Source: Candidatus Hebobacterum abditum
GTDB lineage: Bacteria > Armatimonadota > Hebobacteria > Hebobacterales > Hebobacteraceae
NCBI GenBank assembly: GCA_029821875.1
Contig: JALGXW010000010.1
Span: forward strand, 3,859 to 67,858
DNA: 64,000 nt
Direction of reading: 5' to 3'
The notes beneath the pieces are model-generated. The model made no database searches, was not told the origin of the DNA, and worked only from the letters and a program-made list of their open reading frames with translations. Position 1 is the stretch's first letter, and every line of letters begins with the position of its first letter. Both the position numbers and the translations under genes were made by a program. This document shows, one piece after another, positions 1 through 8,853 of this stretch.

Positions 1-1
1 C

Positions 2-97
2 GGCTCGTCCCTGCTGTTCTCGCTTGTCGGCATCGGACTGCTCTTGAACGTCTCGCGCAACAGAATCACCGAGAGCAAGGCCACGGCGGAGACATGA
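2..97 (+). CDS. ftsW: FtsW (SEDS family) C-terminal fragment, 5' truncated by window
   Basis: Frame 2 reads GSSLLFSLVGIGLLLNVSR...*, the typical SEDS C-terminus; stop overlaps murC ATG (ATGA). Confidence 0.8.
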   Translation, partial: GSSLLFSLVGIGLLLNVSRNRITESKATAET

Positions 98-1494
98 AGC
101 GACGTTTTCACATGATGGGTATCGGCGGCATCGGGATGAGTGCGCTCGCGCACATACTCCTGCACCGCGGCCATCAGGTCTCGGGCTGTGACCTCGAACA
201 GTCTGAGATCAGTGAGGGATTGGCCGCGCGGAGAGCGGAGGTCAACATCGGCCACGATCCGAGCCACGTAAGTGCCGCTGACTGCGTCGTTGTCTCAGAC
301 GCCGTTCGCCCCGACCACCCGGAGCTAGAGCGGGCCCGGGACCTCGGCCTGCCCGTGCAGAGACGGTCCGAGCTCCTGGCGGAGCTCATGGGCGACTCCC
401 AGGGCATCGCTGTCTCGGGAACGCACGGGAAGACGACCGTCACGGCCATGCTGGGACTGATACTCGCCGAGGCCGGCCTCGACCCGACCGTTGTCCTCGG
501 CGGGGAACTCGAGGAATTCGGCGGCAATGTGAGGGTAGGCGCTGGAGGCTGGTTCGTGGCGGAGGCCTGCGAGGCCTACGAATCGTTCCTGCATCTTCGG
601 CCTGAGATCGCCGTCGTTACGAACATCGAGCCGGACCACTTGGATCATCACAAGACCGAAGAGCATCTTCGCGGCAGCTTCGCGGAGTTCGTCAAGCAAG
701 TGTCGCCCGGAGGGTCCATCGTGCTGTGCGCCGACCGGCCCGAGCTGCGCGACCTGCCGCTGCCGCCGGGGCGTCAGGTCATCTGGTACGGCGAGAGCCC
801 CAACTCAGGAGTCCGGGGCAGTGACATCCGGCTGTCCGGCCGCACCGGCCGCTGCAAGGTGACGGTGGACGGCCGCGAAGCGGGATCGCTCTCCGTGAAC
901 GCGCCGGGCACGCACAACATCGTGAATGCCTTGGGCTCGGCTGCCGCCGCTCTCGCTGCCGGCGCATCTTTCTCCGCCTGCGAGCGGGCACTGCGCACAT
1001 TTCAGGGCGTCGGCCGTCGGTTCGAGGTCGTCGGGGAGGTCGGCGGGGTGACCATCGTGGACGACTACGCCCACCATCCAACGGAGATCTCGGCGACGGT
1101 AGCCGCCGCCCGAGCCGCGTTCCCAGGGCAACGAGTACTCGCTGTGTTCCAGCCTCACCTGTATTCGAGGACGAGAGACTTCGCCGTGCAGTTCGCTCAG
1201 GCGCTCAGCCGCGCCGACCTGTCGGTCCTCACAGAGATCTATCCCGCACGCGAGCAAGCGATACCGGGAATAACCTCCTCTCTCATCGCAGAGCATCTTC
1301 GAGAATTGTCAGGAGAGGACGCAGTGCTGGAGATGGCGAAGGGAAGGCTGACGACTGAGCTTCCGGCGCATGTCCGGCCGGGAGACGTTGTTCTCTCGAT
1401 GGGGGCCGGTGACATCGGGCGAGAGGCCCGCGCGCTGGCATACCGCCTCGGGGGGTCTCCCAGCCCAGACCAAGAGGTCGTCGCGAAGCAATGA
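94..1494 (+). CDS. murC: UDP-N-acetylmuramate--L-alanine ligase
   Basis: GIGGIGMSALA, GTHGKTT, DDYAHHPTEI, FQPHLYSRT motifs. Confidence 0.97.
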   Translation: MKRRFHMMGIGGIGMSALAHILLHRGHQVSGCDLEQSEISEGLAARRAEVNIGHDPSHVSAADCVVVSDAVRPDHPELERARDLGLPVQRRSELLAELMGDSQGIAVSGTHGKTTVTAMLGLILAEAGLDPTVVLGGELEEFGGNVRVGAGGWFVAEACEAYESFLHLRPEIAVVTNIEPDHLDHHKTEEHLRGSFAEFVKQVSPGGSIVLCADRPELRDLPLPPGRQVIWYGESPNSGVRGSDIRLSGRTGRCKVTVDGREAGSLSVNAPGTHNIVNALGSAAAALAAGASFSACERALRTFQGVGRRFEVVGEVGGVTIVDDYAHHPTEISATVAAARAAFPGQRVLAVFQPHLYSRTRDFAVQFAQALSRADLSVLTEIYPAREQAIPGITSSLIAEHLRELSGEDAVLEMAKGRLTTELPAHVRPGDVVLSMGAGDIGREARALAYRLGGSPSPDQEVVAKQ

Positions 1495-2468
1495 ACACCG
1501 GACAGCAGACCTGTGTCGCAGCACCTGTCGTGGCAAAGGCGCGCCGCCAGACCGAACTGGCCGGAGCTGAGCTCGCCAAGCTTCTTCGCGGCCGCGTCCA
1601 CCTGGACGAGCCGATGGCGCGGCACACCACCTTCCGCATCGGGGGTCCCGCCGACATATTCGTCCAGCCTCACGACATGGAGGATCTCGCCGCCACGATA
1701 CGCTTCGCGCGCGACAAGGGGCTGCCGTGCAAGGTGATCGGCAACGGCAGCAATGTCCTCGTCGGTGACGCAGGAATCCGCGGCCTGGTCGTCCGACTCG
1801 CGCCCAAGTTCAGCGATGTCGAGTGGCTCGAGGACGGAGCCCTGGTCGGCGCTGGCGCTCGGCTGGCGAGACTCGTCAAGGAGGCCTGTGAAGTGGGGCT
1901 AAGTGGACTGGAGTCCGCCGTGGGGATTCCGGGGACACTGGGCGGAGCGCTCGCCACGAACGCGGGGACGGACACTGGTTCGATTGGCGACCTGGTCGCC
2001 CGGGCGACGGTGCTCGACCACGACGGCGAGCTCAGGGAATGGACGGCAGAGCAGTTCGCCTATCGGTATCGCTACAGCAACCTGCACTCTTCGCGGGCAA
2101 GCGTGATCTGTGCCCACCTGCGGCTCGAACCCGCTGCGAAGGAAGATGTGGTGGCGAAGGTCAACCGCCTCAAGGCTAAGCGCGCGGGCCGACAGCCATT
2201 GCGCGCTTGGTCAGCAGGCAGCGTCTTCAAGAACCCGCGCGCAGTTGCGGCCGGGAAGGTGCTGGACCGGGCCGGGGCAAAGGGCCACCGCATGGGCGCC
2301 GCCGAGGTGTCTCGTAAGCACGCCAACTTCCTCATCAACCGGGGGAGCGCCACGGCCGCGCAGATGCGCGAGTTGATCGCTTGGGCGCATGAACTCGCGC
2401 TGGGTCGCTACGGCATCGATCTCGAACTCGAAATCGAACTCGTCGGAGAGCACTGCAACCATGAGTAA
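1491..2468 (+). CDS. murB: UDP-N-acetylenolpyruvoylglucosamine reductase
   Basis: HTTFRIGGPA, GNGSN, GIPGTLGGA, SAGSVFKNP, KHANFLIN. Confidence 0.97.
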   Translation: MNTGQQTCVAAPVVAKARRQTELAGAELAKLLRGRVHLDEPMARHTTFRIGGPADIFVQPHDMEDLAATIRFARDKGLPCKVIGNGSNVLVGDAGIRGLVVRLAPKFSDVEWLEDGALVGAGARLARLVKEACEVGLSGLESAVGIPGTLGGALATNAGTDTGSIGDLVARATVLDHDGELREWTAEQFAYRYRYSNLHSSRASVICAHLRLEPAAKEDVVAKVNRLKAKRAGRQPLRAWSAGSVFKNPRAVAAGKVLDRAGAKGHRMGAAEVSRKHANFLINRGSATAAQMRELIAWAHELALGRYGIDLELEIELVGEHCNHE

Positions 2469-3477
2469 GCTCCACGTGACAGTGCTATTCGGGGGCAGCT
2501 CGGCCGAGCGCGAGGTGAGTCTCATGAGCGGCCGCAAGGTGATGAGTGCTCTCGATCCGGCGCGCTACGAAGCCAGAGGTGTCGATCTGGCTGCCATCAC
2601 GGGGGAGCGAGCGGCCGACCTGGCCAGCCTGCTCTTCTCTCCTGCGGCACCGGGCGACACACGGGGGTCGGCCCCCGCCGGCGCCGACGGTCGGCCGGAC
2701 GTCGTCTTCATCGCTCTGCACGGGGGCGCGGGGGAGAACGGGACCGTCCAGGGAATGCTGGACCTGCTGGCGGTGCGCTACACAGGTTCGGGCGTGCTGG
2801 CCAGCGCCCTGGCGATGAACAAGGTGATGGCGAAGAAGATCTTCGAACGGGAGGCAATCCCGACGCCTCAGTGGGTGGCGGTGGGCAAGTCTGAGGTCGA
2901 TGGCCAGGCGGCCCTCGACCAGGTAGGGCTCCCGTGTGTCGTCAAGCCGGCCTGCCAGGGCTCGACGATAGGGGTCACTGTAGTTGAGGAGGACCCGGAG
3001 CTGGCGTCCGCTCTCGAGACAGCATTCCAATACGGTTCCGAGGCCCTTGTTGAGGCCTTCGTGCCTGGGGTGGAGATCACCGGGCCCGTGGTCGGAAACG
3101 AGGACGCCCGAGTTCTTCCGCTGGTCGAGATCGTCCCGGCCGGCGGGTTCTATGACTACCATGCAAAATACACGCCTGGAGCCACCGAGGAGATAGTCCC
3201 CGCCCGCGTCTCTGATTCGACGGCGAAGCGAGCGCGCGAGCTCACTCTTCGGGCCCATCACGCATTGGGGTGTCGCGGCATTTCCAGAGTGGACATGATT
3301 GCCGCTGAAGACGAAGTGTATGTTCTGGAGGTCAACACCGTCCCCGGCCTTACTGAGACGAGCCTGGTTCCGCGCGCGGCCGAGGCCGAGGGCACCAGCT
3401 TCCCGGAGCTGGTCGACCGCCTGATTCGACTCGCATTGGAGGAAGGGCCGGGTGGCGGGCCTCGACGCACTTCATAG
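2461..3477 (+). CDS. ddl: D-alanine--D-alanine ligase
   Basis: GGSSAEREVS, ALHG..GE.G, FYDYHAKY, EVNTVPG; start set at ATG 2461. Confidence 0.96.
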   Translation: MSKLHVTVLFGGSSAEREVSLMSGRKVMSALDPARYEARGVDLAAITGERAADLASLLFSPAAPGDTRGSAPAGADGRPDVVFIALHGGAGENGTVQGMLDLLAVRYTGSGVLASALAMNKVMAKKIFEREAIPTPQWVAVGKSEVDGQAALDQVGLPCVVKPACQGSTIGVTVVEEDPELASALETAFQYGSEALVEAFVPGVEITGPVVGNEDARVLPLVEIVPAGGFYDYHAKYTPGATEEIVPARVSDSTAKRARELTLRAHHALGCRGISRVDMIAAEDEVYVLEVNTVPGLTETSLVPRAAEAEGTSFPELVDRLIRLALEEGPGGGPRRTS

Positions 3478-4246
3478 GCCGGGTCTCGGCGCAGTTGGCC
3501 CCGGCCCGAGCGACAGACCCCGGCGGCAGCTAGGCTTTGTGGCCGCGCTCACGTACGCGCTTCTCCTTGCCGAGGTGACGTACATCCTCCTTGCCTCCCC
3601 CCGGTTTGCCGTGCGCGAGGTGCTCATTCGCGGAGACGCCGACCTCGCGCGCGAAGTCGCAAGGACCGTGAGCCTGCCGCCGAACACGAACATGATCCGC
3701 GCACCGGTGGCGGAACTGAAGCGCCAAGCGGAGACCATCCCTGCAGTCAGTCAAGCTCGCGTGCGACGCGGCTTTCCCAACCGGGTTATCGTTGCAGTGG
3801 AGCGGCGCGAGCCTGTAGCCGTCATCAGGCGAGAGGATCGGACCCTCCTCGTGGATCGGGAAGGAATTGCCTTCGCTCTGCCGGACGAATGGGGCTGGGG
3901 CCTTCCGGAACTCGTCGCGCCTCACATCGAGTCCGGCGAGGTAGCCGGCGATGAGGCCGTGGGAGAGGTGGCACTGCTGCTGAGGGTCCTGCGCGCGCTC
4001 GGGAACGATCCCGACATCCGCGCAACTCGCCTGCAGCTCGCGGCGGACGAAACAGTGGATATCTTGCTCGACTCCGGCACGATGGTGAGCCTAGGTACCG
4101 AAGACCGGCTCGCGGCGAAGGTCAAGCTTCTGGCGGCCGCACTGGAGCAGATCGGCGCTGAACGCATCGCGCGGATCGACTTGGCCGGACCGGAGGCGGC
4201 CTTCTGGGAGCCCGTGGGCGGCCCGCCACCCACGGGCGCGAGGTGA
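3452..4246 (+). CDS. ftsQ: Cell division protein FtsQ/DivIB
   Basis: Single TM helix then POTRA-like region (SPRFAVREV...VRRGFPNRVIVAVERREP); position after ddl. Confidence 0.85.
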   Translation: MAGLDALHRPGLGAVGPGPSDRPRRQLGFVAALTYALLLAEVTYILLASPRFAVREVLIRGDADLAREVARTVSLPPNTNMIRAPVAELKRQAETIPAVSQARVRRGFPNRVIVAVERREPVAVIRREDRTLLVDREGIAFALPDEWGWGLPELVAPHIESGEVAGDEAVGEVALLLRVLRALGNDPDIRATRLQLAADETVDILLDSGTMVSLGTEDRLAAKVKLLAAALEQIGAERIARIDLAGPEAAFWEPVGGPPPTGAR

Positions 4247-4252
4247 GAGGAG

Positions 4253-4984
4253 ATGGGACTGGGACCGGGCGCACGGCGCTGGGTCATGCCTCTGACGGTC
4301 GTCTGCATAGTGCTCGGCGGCATGCTGGGCATTCAGGTTCGCAGCCAAGAGGAGCGAGGGGAAATGCGGGTGGGCCGGCAGACGAGCGCGCTCGTCGCGA
4401 TGCTCACCAGAAACCAGGCCCAACTCGAACAGCAGGGGGCCGAGATCGAGCGACTCAGGGCGCAGCTGGCTCAGTACGAGGAAGAGGCGGCCCGCGAGCG
4501 GGGCCTCGTCAGGGAACTGCAGGCCAGTCGTATCCTGCTGGGCACCGTTGCCGTCACGGGTCCAGGCATCGAGCTGGAGGTCGCCGATAGCACGATGAGA
4601 GCGAGCGCGGGAGCGGGTGGCGAGGACCTGTTCGTGGTTCATGACCTCCAGCTCCTCCAGATCACGAACGAGCTCTGGGCCGCGAGCGCGGAAGCCATCG
4701 CCCTGAACGGGCAGCGTCTGACAATGGGAAGCGCTATCATCTGCTCTGCGCGCTTGATCGAGGTGAACGGAGTGGCCATCGCCAGCCCGTTCGTCTTCCA
4801 TGCGGTCGGCGACAGGGACAAGCTGGTGTCAGCACTGAACATCCGCGGCGGCGTGCTGGACGGACTACGTCTGCTGGAGTTCCCCGTGAAGCTGACGCCC
4901 AAGGAAGAGATGACCATACCCCCAATCGCCGTGGCGCCGAAGCACACATACGCACAACCCGTCGAGAGGGAGACCAAGCAATGA
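4253..4984 (+). CDS. DUF881 domain protein
   Basis: TM + coiled coil, GPGIEL, VHD..L....NELWAASAEAIALNGQR; dcw context. Confidence 0.88.
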   Translation: MGLGPGARRWVMPLTVVCIVLGGMLGIQVRSQEERGEMRVGRQTSALVAMLTRNQAQLEQQGAEIERLRAQLAQYEEEAARERGLVRELQASRILLGTVAVTGPGIELEVADSTMRASAGAGGEDLFVVHDLQLLQITNELWAASAEAIALNGQRLTMGSAIICSARLIEVNGVAIASPFVFHAVGDRDKLVSALNIRGGVLDGLRLLEFPVKLTPKEEMTIPPIAVAPKHTYAQPVERETKQ

Positions 4985-5355
4985 TAGCGATCCCGTTTGC
5001 CGCTCTCATCATCGGATTCCTGGCCGTCTACGTTCTGCTGCCGCCGGTCCCGCCGCGGTGGGCGGACTACGTAGCCATCGCCATCATCGCGGGCCTGGAC
5101 GCCTTCGTGGGCGCAGCGCGGAACTGGCTTGAGAGAAGCTTCGACGAGGCGATATTCATCAGTGGGTTCTTCGTGAACATGGCGCTCGCGGCCCTGCTCG
5201 CATTCTTCGGAGACAAGCTCGGCGTAGACCTGTACCTGGCAGTAGTAGTGGCATTGGGCATCCGGATCTTCAGTAACCTGGGGCGCACGCGAGCACTGCT
5301 GGTCAGCGCGCGTCTTGAGGCACGTCGGGCGCGAGTGCCCGCGCCCTCTGACTAG
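4981..5355 (+). CDS. sbp: Small basic protein (DUF1290)
   Basis: YVAIAIIAGLD..., FISGFFVN, GDKLGVDLYLA..., GIRIFSN. Confidence 0.88.
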   Translation: MIAIPFAALIIGFLAVYVLLPPVPPRWADYVAIAIIAGLDAFVGAARNWLERSFDEAIFISGFFVNMALAALLAFFGDKLGVDLYLAVVVALGIRIFSNLGRTRALLVSARLEARRARVPAPSD

Positions 5356-5376
5356 AGTCGGACCGAGGCGAGCGAG

Positions 5377-6606
5377 ATGCCAGGCACCCAATCCCTTCTG
5401 GGACTCGACATCGGCACCACGAAGGTGGCCGCCGTGATCGGCACTCGGGGCCCAGAGGTCAGGATCCTCGGAGCGGCCTCGGTGCCATCCTCCGGGATTC
5501 GGCGCGGCACCGTGGTGGATGTCGCCGGCACTACCCGGGCAGTCCAGGAGGCCGTCACGAAGGCTCAGCGGATGGCCGGGGTAGAGCTCAACTCGGCCTG
5601 GGTGGGCGTCACAGGTCAGCACGTCTCGTGCCTCAACTCCCGCGGCGAGGTCCAGCTCGCCCGTGCCAACCGGGAGATCACCTGGAACGATGTCGAGCGC
5701 GTGATGGCCGCCTCTGTGAGCGTCGTGTCGATCCCGCCGGACCGGCAGATGATCCACGCAGTCTCGCGGGGCTTCATCGTCGATGACGAGCCCCGCGTCG
5801 CAAATCCGGTGGGGCTCTCCGCCAACCGCCTTGCCGTCGAGACGCATGTCGTAACTGCCTCGCGGAACTTGATCGACAACGTCGTGCGCTGCGTGGACCA
5901 GGCGGGCCTCGGCGTCGCCGAACTCGTGGCCGAGCCGCTTGCGACCGCGGACGCCGTGCTCTCCAAAGACGAGGAAGACCTGGGGGTTCTTCTCGTCGAC
6001 ATCGGGGGTGGGACAACCGACCTCGCCCTTTTCGCCGAGGGGAGCGTCGCCTACACTGGAGCCATTCCCGCCGCCGGCAGCAACGTGACCCACGATCTCG
6101 CAGTTGCGCTCGGCATAACGCATCCGCAGGCAGAGCAGATAAAGCTCGTGCACGGATGCGCTCAAGTGGACATGGTGCCGGACGAGCAGATGATCGCCAT
6201 CCCCCGGGATGAGGAAGATCGAAGCGTGAGCCGCCGCTTCATAGCTGAGGTCGTGCAGGCGCGAGTGCAGGAGATCTTCCGTCTCGTCGGGCAGGAGATG
6301 CAGAGACTGGGCACCGTCTGGCCCCCGCCGGGAGGCGCGGTTCTCACAGGCGGCGGGAGCCTGCTGACGGCGGTGAACGCCACGGCCCAGGAAGTGCTGG
6401 GGTGCCGAGTGCGTCTCGGAAGGCCTCGCGTGGCATCGGGCCCGGTGCATGTACTGGAGAGCCCGGCCCTCGCTACGGGTGTCGGGCTTGTGTACTACGC
6501 TCACCGCGAGTCCGAGGCAAGGCGGGCAGAGCCGAGCCCGAGCGTGCGTGTCATGCCCGTGCTCGCCCGTGTAATGACCTGGGTCAGGGACCTCTTCAGT
6601 TCGTAG
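5377..6606 (+). CDS. ftsA: Cell division protein FtsA
   Basis: GLDIGTTKV, LVDIGGGTTD, VLTGGGS, C-terminal amphipathic WVRDLF. Confidence 0.96.
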   Translation: MPGTQSLLGLDIGTTKVAAVIGTRGPEVRILGAASVPSSGIRRGTVVDVAGTTRAVQEAVTKAQRMAGVELNSAWVGVTGQHVSCLNSRGEVQLARANREITWNDVERVMAASVSVVSIPPDRQMIHAVSRGFIVDDEPRVANPVGLSANRLAVETHVVTASRNLIDNVVRCVDQAGLGVAELVAEPLATADAVLSKDEEDLGVLLVDIGGGTTDLALFAEGSVAYTGAIPAAGSNVTHDLAVALGITHPQAEQIKLVHGCAQVDMVPDEQMIAIPRDEEDRSVSRRFIAEVVQARVQEIFRLVGQEMQRLGTVWPPPGGAVLTGGGSLLTAVNATAQEVLGCRVRLGRPRVASGPVHVLESPALATGVGLVYYAHRESEARRAEPSPSVRVMPVLARVMTWVRDLFSS

Positions 6607-6636
6607 CTCGGCCCTCCCGGAATCCGTCCCGAGACA

Positions 6637-7812
6637 ATGCATGCGTGTGAAACCTCAGGCCCAAGAGTGATCCTGACCGGCGGCGGCACCGGCGGGCATG
6701 TCTATCCGGCGCTTGCGGCCGGCGAAGCCATCCGGCAGATCGCGCCGAAGGCTCAGTTCCTCTACGTCGGCAGCGACCGCATGGAGGCAAGGACGGTTCC
6801 CCAGGCCGGTCTGTGCTTCCGCCAGATCTCGGTGCATGGCCTCGCCGGCCGGAGCCTGTCCCTCGGACGTCGCCTTCGCTCGATTGTCGAGCTGGGAACC
6901 GGCTTACCGCTCTTCCAGAGCGTCCGTATCCTGCGCGAATTTCGTCCTAACGTCGTCCTCGGCACGGGCGGCTACGTGTCCGGGCCTGTGCTGCTGGCCG
7001 CTCGCATTCTCGGCATCCCGTGTGCCGCGCTGGACGGGAATCGTGTGCCGGGTCATACCAGTCGGATCGTCGCCAGACTCGTGGACCTGGTGGGTGTCGC
7101 TCATCGCGAACTGGCCGAGTACTTTTCCCCTCGCGTGCGCCGCGGTGCGAGAGTCGAGGTGACGGGACTGCCCGTCCGGCCGGAGATCACAGCGGCCTCC
7201 CGGGAAAGCGGAGCGGCCGCTCTCGGACTCGACCCATCACGCCCTACCGTGCTCGCTCTCGGAGGCAGCCTCGGATCCGAGCGTATCAACCGCGCCGTCA
7301 CCGGCGCGCTGGAACTGCTCGCCGCTACAGACGCCCTCCGCGAACTGCAGTTGCTCCACGTAACGGGAGAACGCTTCGCGGTGCCTGCATCCGAGGGTGA
7401 GTTGCCTGGGGGCCGCTACAGGGCGGTCCCATACCTCGGGGCAGACTACGCCCAGGCCCTGGCCGCGGCCGATCTGGTCGTCTCGCGGGCCGGGGCCGGC
7501 ACGCTGGCAGAGATCGCCGCGCGCGGCCTTCCGGCGATTCTCATTCCGTGGGCAAAGGCGGCAACAGGAGAGCAGGTTCAGAATGCACAGGCCCTGGCGC
7601 GAGCCGGCGCCGCGATTGTGATCCTCGACCGCGACCTCACCCCGGAGCGGCTCGCAGCTGCCTTGTCCTCGAGCCTTGGGCGTCGCGCCGAACTCGATCG
7701 AATGGCGGCGGCGAGCAGGGACCTCGGATGCCCTGGCGCGGCACAGCGAGTGGCGGAGCTAGTGCTGGAGCTTGCCTCGCGGCCGAAGAAGGCCGGCCGC
7801 GGCGAGGGCTAG
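6637..7812 (+). CDS. murG: Lipid II N-acetylglucosaminyltransferase
   Basis: GGGTGGHVYP, GTGGYVSGP, GGSLGS, SRAGAGTLAE; true start may be GTG near 6667. Confidence 0.95.
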   Translation: MHACETSGPRVILTGGGTGGHVYPALAAGEAIRQIAPKAQFLYVGSDRMEARTVPQAGLCFRQISVHGLAGRSLSLGRRLRSIVELGTGLPLFQSVRILREFRPNVVLGTGGYVSGPVLLAARILGIPCAALDGNRVPGHTSRIVARLVDLVGVAHRELAEYFSPRVRRGARVEVTGLPVRPEITAASRESGAAALGLDPSRPTVLALGGSLGSERINRAVTGALELLAATDALRELQLLHVTGERFAVPASEGELPGGRYRAVPYLGADYAQALAAADLVVSRAGAGTLAEIAARGLPAILIPWAKAATGEQVQNAQALARAGAAIVILDRDLTPERLAAALSSSLGRRAELDRMAAASRDLGCPGAAQRVAELVLELASRPKKAGRGEG

Positions 7813-8342
7813 CCCAACGACCGCAGATCAGCGTACGGAGCCAGATAGGGCCGCCACGCGGGGTTGGCGGCCGCCGCCAGGAACTTCGTGTAGCTGATAT
7901 ACGGGAGGAACTTCGGCCGGAAGGGCTTGCGCTGGATCTGCATGCCCGCCTCCTCCGGCATTCGGTTGCCCTTCTTGTTGTTGCACTTCGTGCAGCAGCA
8001 GACCAGGTTCGTCCAGTCCTCGCCGCCGCCGCGCTCCTTGGGGACGACGTGGTCGATGGTGAGCGGCACATTGCGGCGTCCGCAGTATTGGCAGGCGTGC
8101 TTGTCGCGGGCGAAGATGCTCTTGCGGGACACGCGCAGCACCGGCATCGGCCTGCGCACGTGGTGGTTGAGCCGAACCACGGTCGGGAGCTCGATCGCCA
8201 GGTGCTCGGAATGGAAGACCTTGGAGTCGGTCTCAACCGCGTGCGCCTTGCCGACGCAGAGCATCCCCAGCGCGCGGCGCGCGTTGGTGACGTTCAGCGG
8301 CTGGTAGTTGTTGTTCAGAACCAGTACGCCGTCGCTGTTCAC
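7809..8342 (-). CDS. HNH endonuclease (McrA-like, Zn-binding)
   Basis: VLVLNNNYQPL N-terminus; RD..CQYCG, TIDHVVP..GG, NLVCCC..CN..KG. Confidence 0.92.
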   Translation of the reverse strand: MNSDGVLVLNNNYQPLNVTNARRALGMLCVGKAHAVETDSKVFHSEHLAIELPTVVRLNHHVRRPMPVLRVSRKSIFARDKHACQYCGRRNVPLTIDHVVPKERGGGEDWTNLVCCCTKCNNKKGNRMPEEAGMQIQRKPFRPKFLPYISYTKFLAAAANPAWRPYLAPYADLRSLG

Positions 8343-8478
8343 GCTCGTACTTCCTCGTCACATCCCGACCCGGTCGACGGGGACCTCCGAGAGATGATCT
8401 ACTCCCCCGGGGCCGTCCATCTCTTGGCGCCGAGGAGGCCCTGTCTCAAGGGCCTCAACCTCATGCCTCTCAGCTTCG

Positions 8479-8508
8479 ATGCTAATAGAAGAGGCAGAGG
8501 CTTGTCAA
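8479..8508 (-). promoter_or_regulatory. Sigma70-type promoter for HNH gene
   Basis: Minus strand TTGACA-N18-TAGCAT about 135 nt upstream of the HNH start. Confidence 0.6.
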
Positions 8509-8755
8509 GAGCGCACGGGCCCGGAGGGCTCGAATGGACTGCCTGGCCGCGGATGCCCATGGCGTGCCCCAGAGGGGCCGGCTGCCTTGACTAGCTCCTC
8601 CTCACAAAGGGGGCGCCTTGCGACTGAGTTCGCCGGAACTGGATTTGAGCGGAACTCCTCCCCCATGATCGCAGTCTAATGGAGAGAGGGCTCACGGCGG
8701 GCCTCGCCGATTCGTGCCGACGGCGCAGGTGGCTGTGAGCGACGGGTGATGCAGG

Positions 8756-8784
8756 TTGAATCGCGCCGGCATTTGCACTATAAT
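8756..8784 (+). promoter_or_regulatory. Sigma70-type promoter
   Basis: TTGAAT-N17-TATAAT, 70 nt upstream of ATG 8854. Confidence 0.75.
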
Positions 8785-8853
8785 GGCGCCTGCGCCTAGT
8801 TCTTAGTGCGGACGAAGGCGTGCACGACCTTCCACCCAAGAGGAGCGGAGAGC

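Noticed and set aside
4639..6642. 667-aa minus-strand ORF and many similar long antisense ORFs
   Set aside because: Shadow ORFs opposite well-supported genes in high-GC DNA, with no recognisable motifs
7809..8342. HNH protein as IscB/Cas9-like RNA-guided nuclease
   Set aside because: Only 177 aa, no PLMP or RuvC motifs; matches the common stand-alone HNH family
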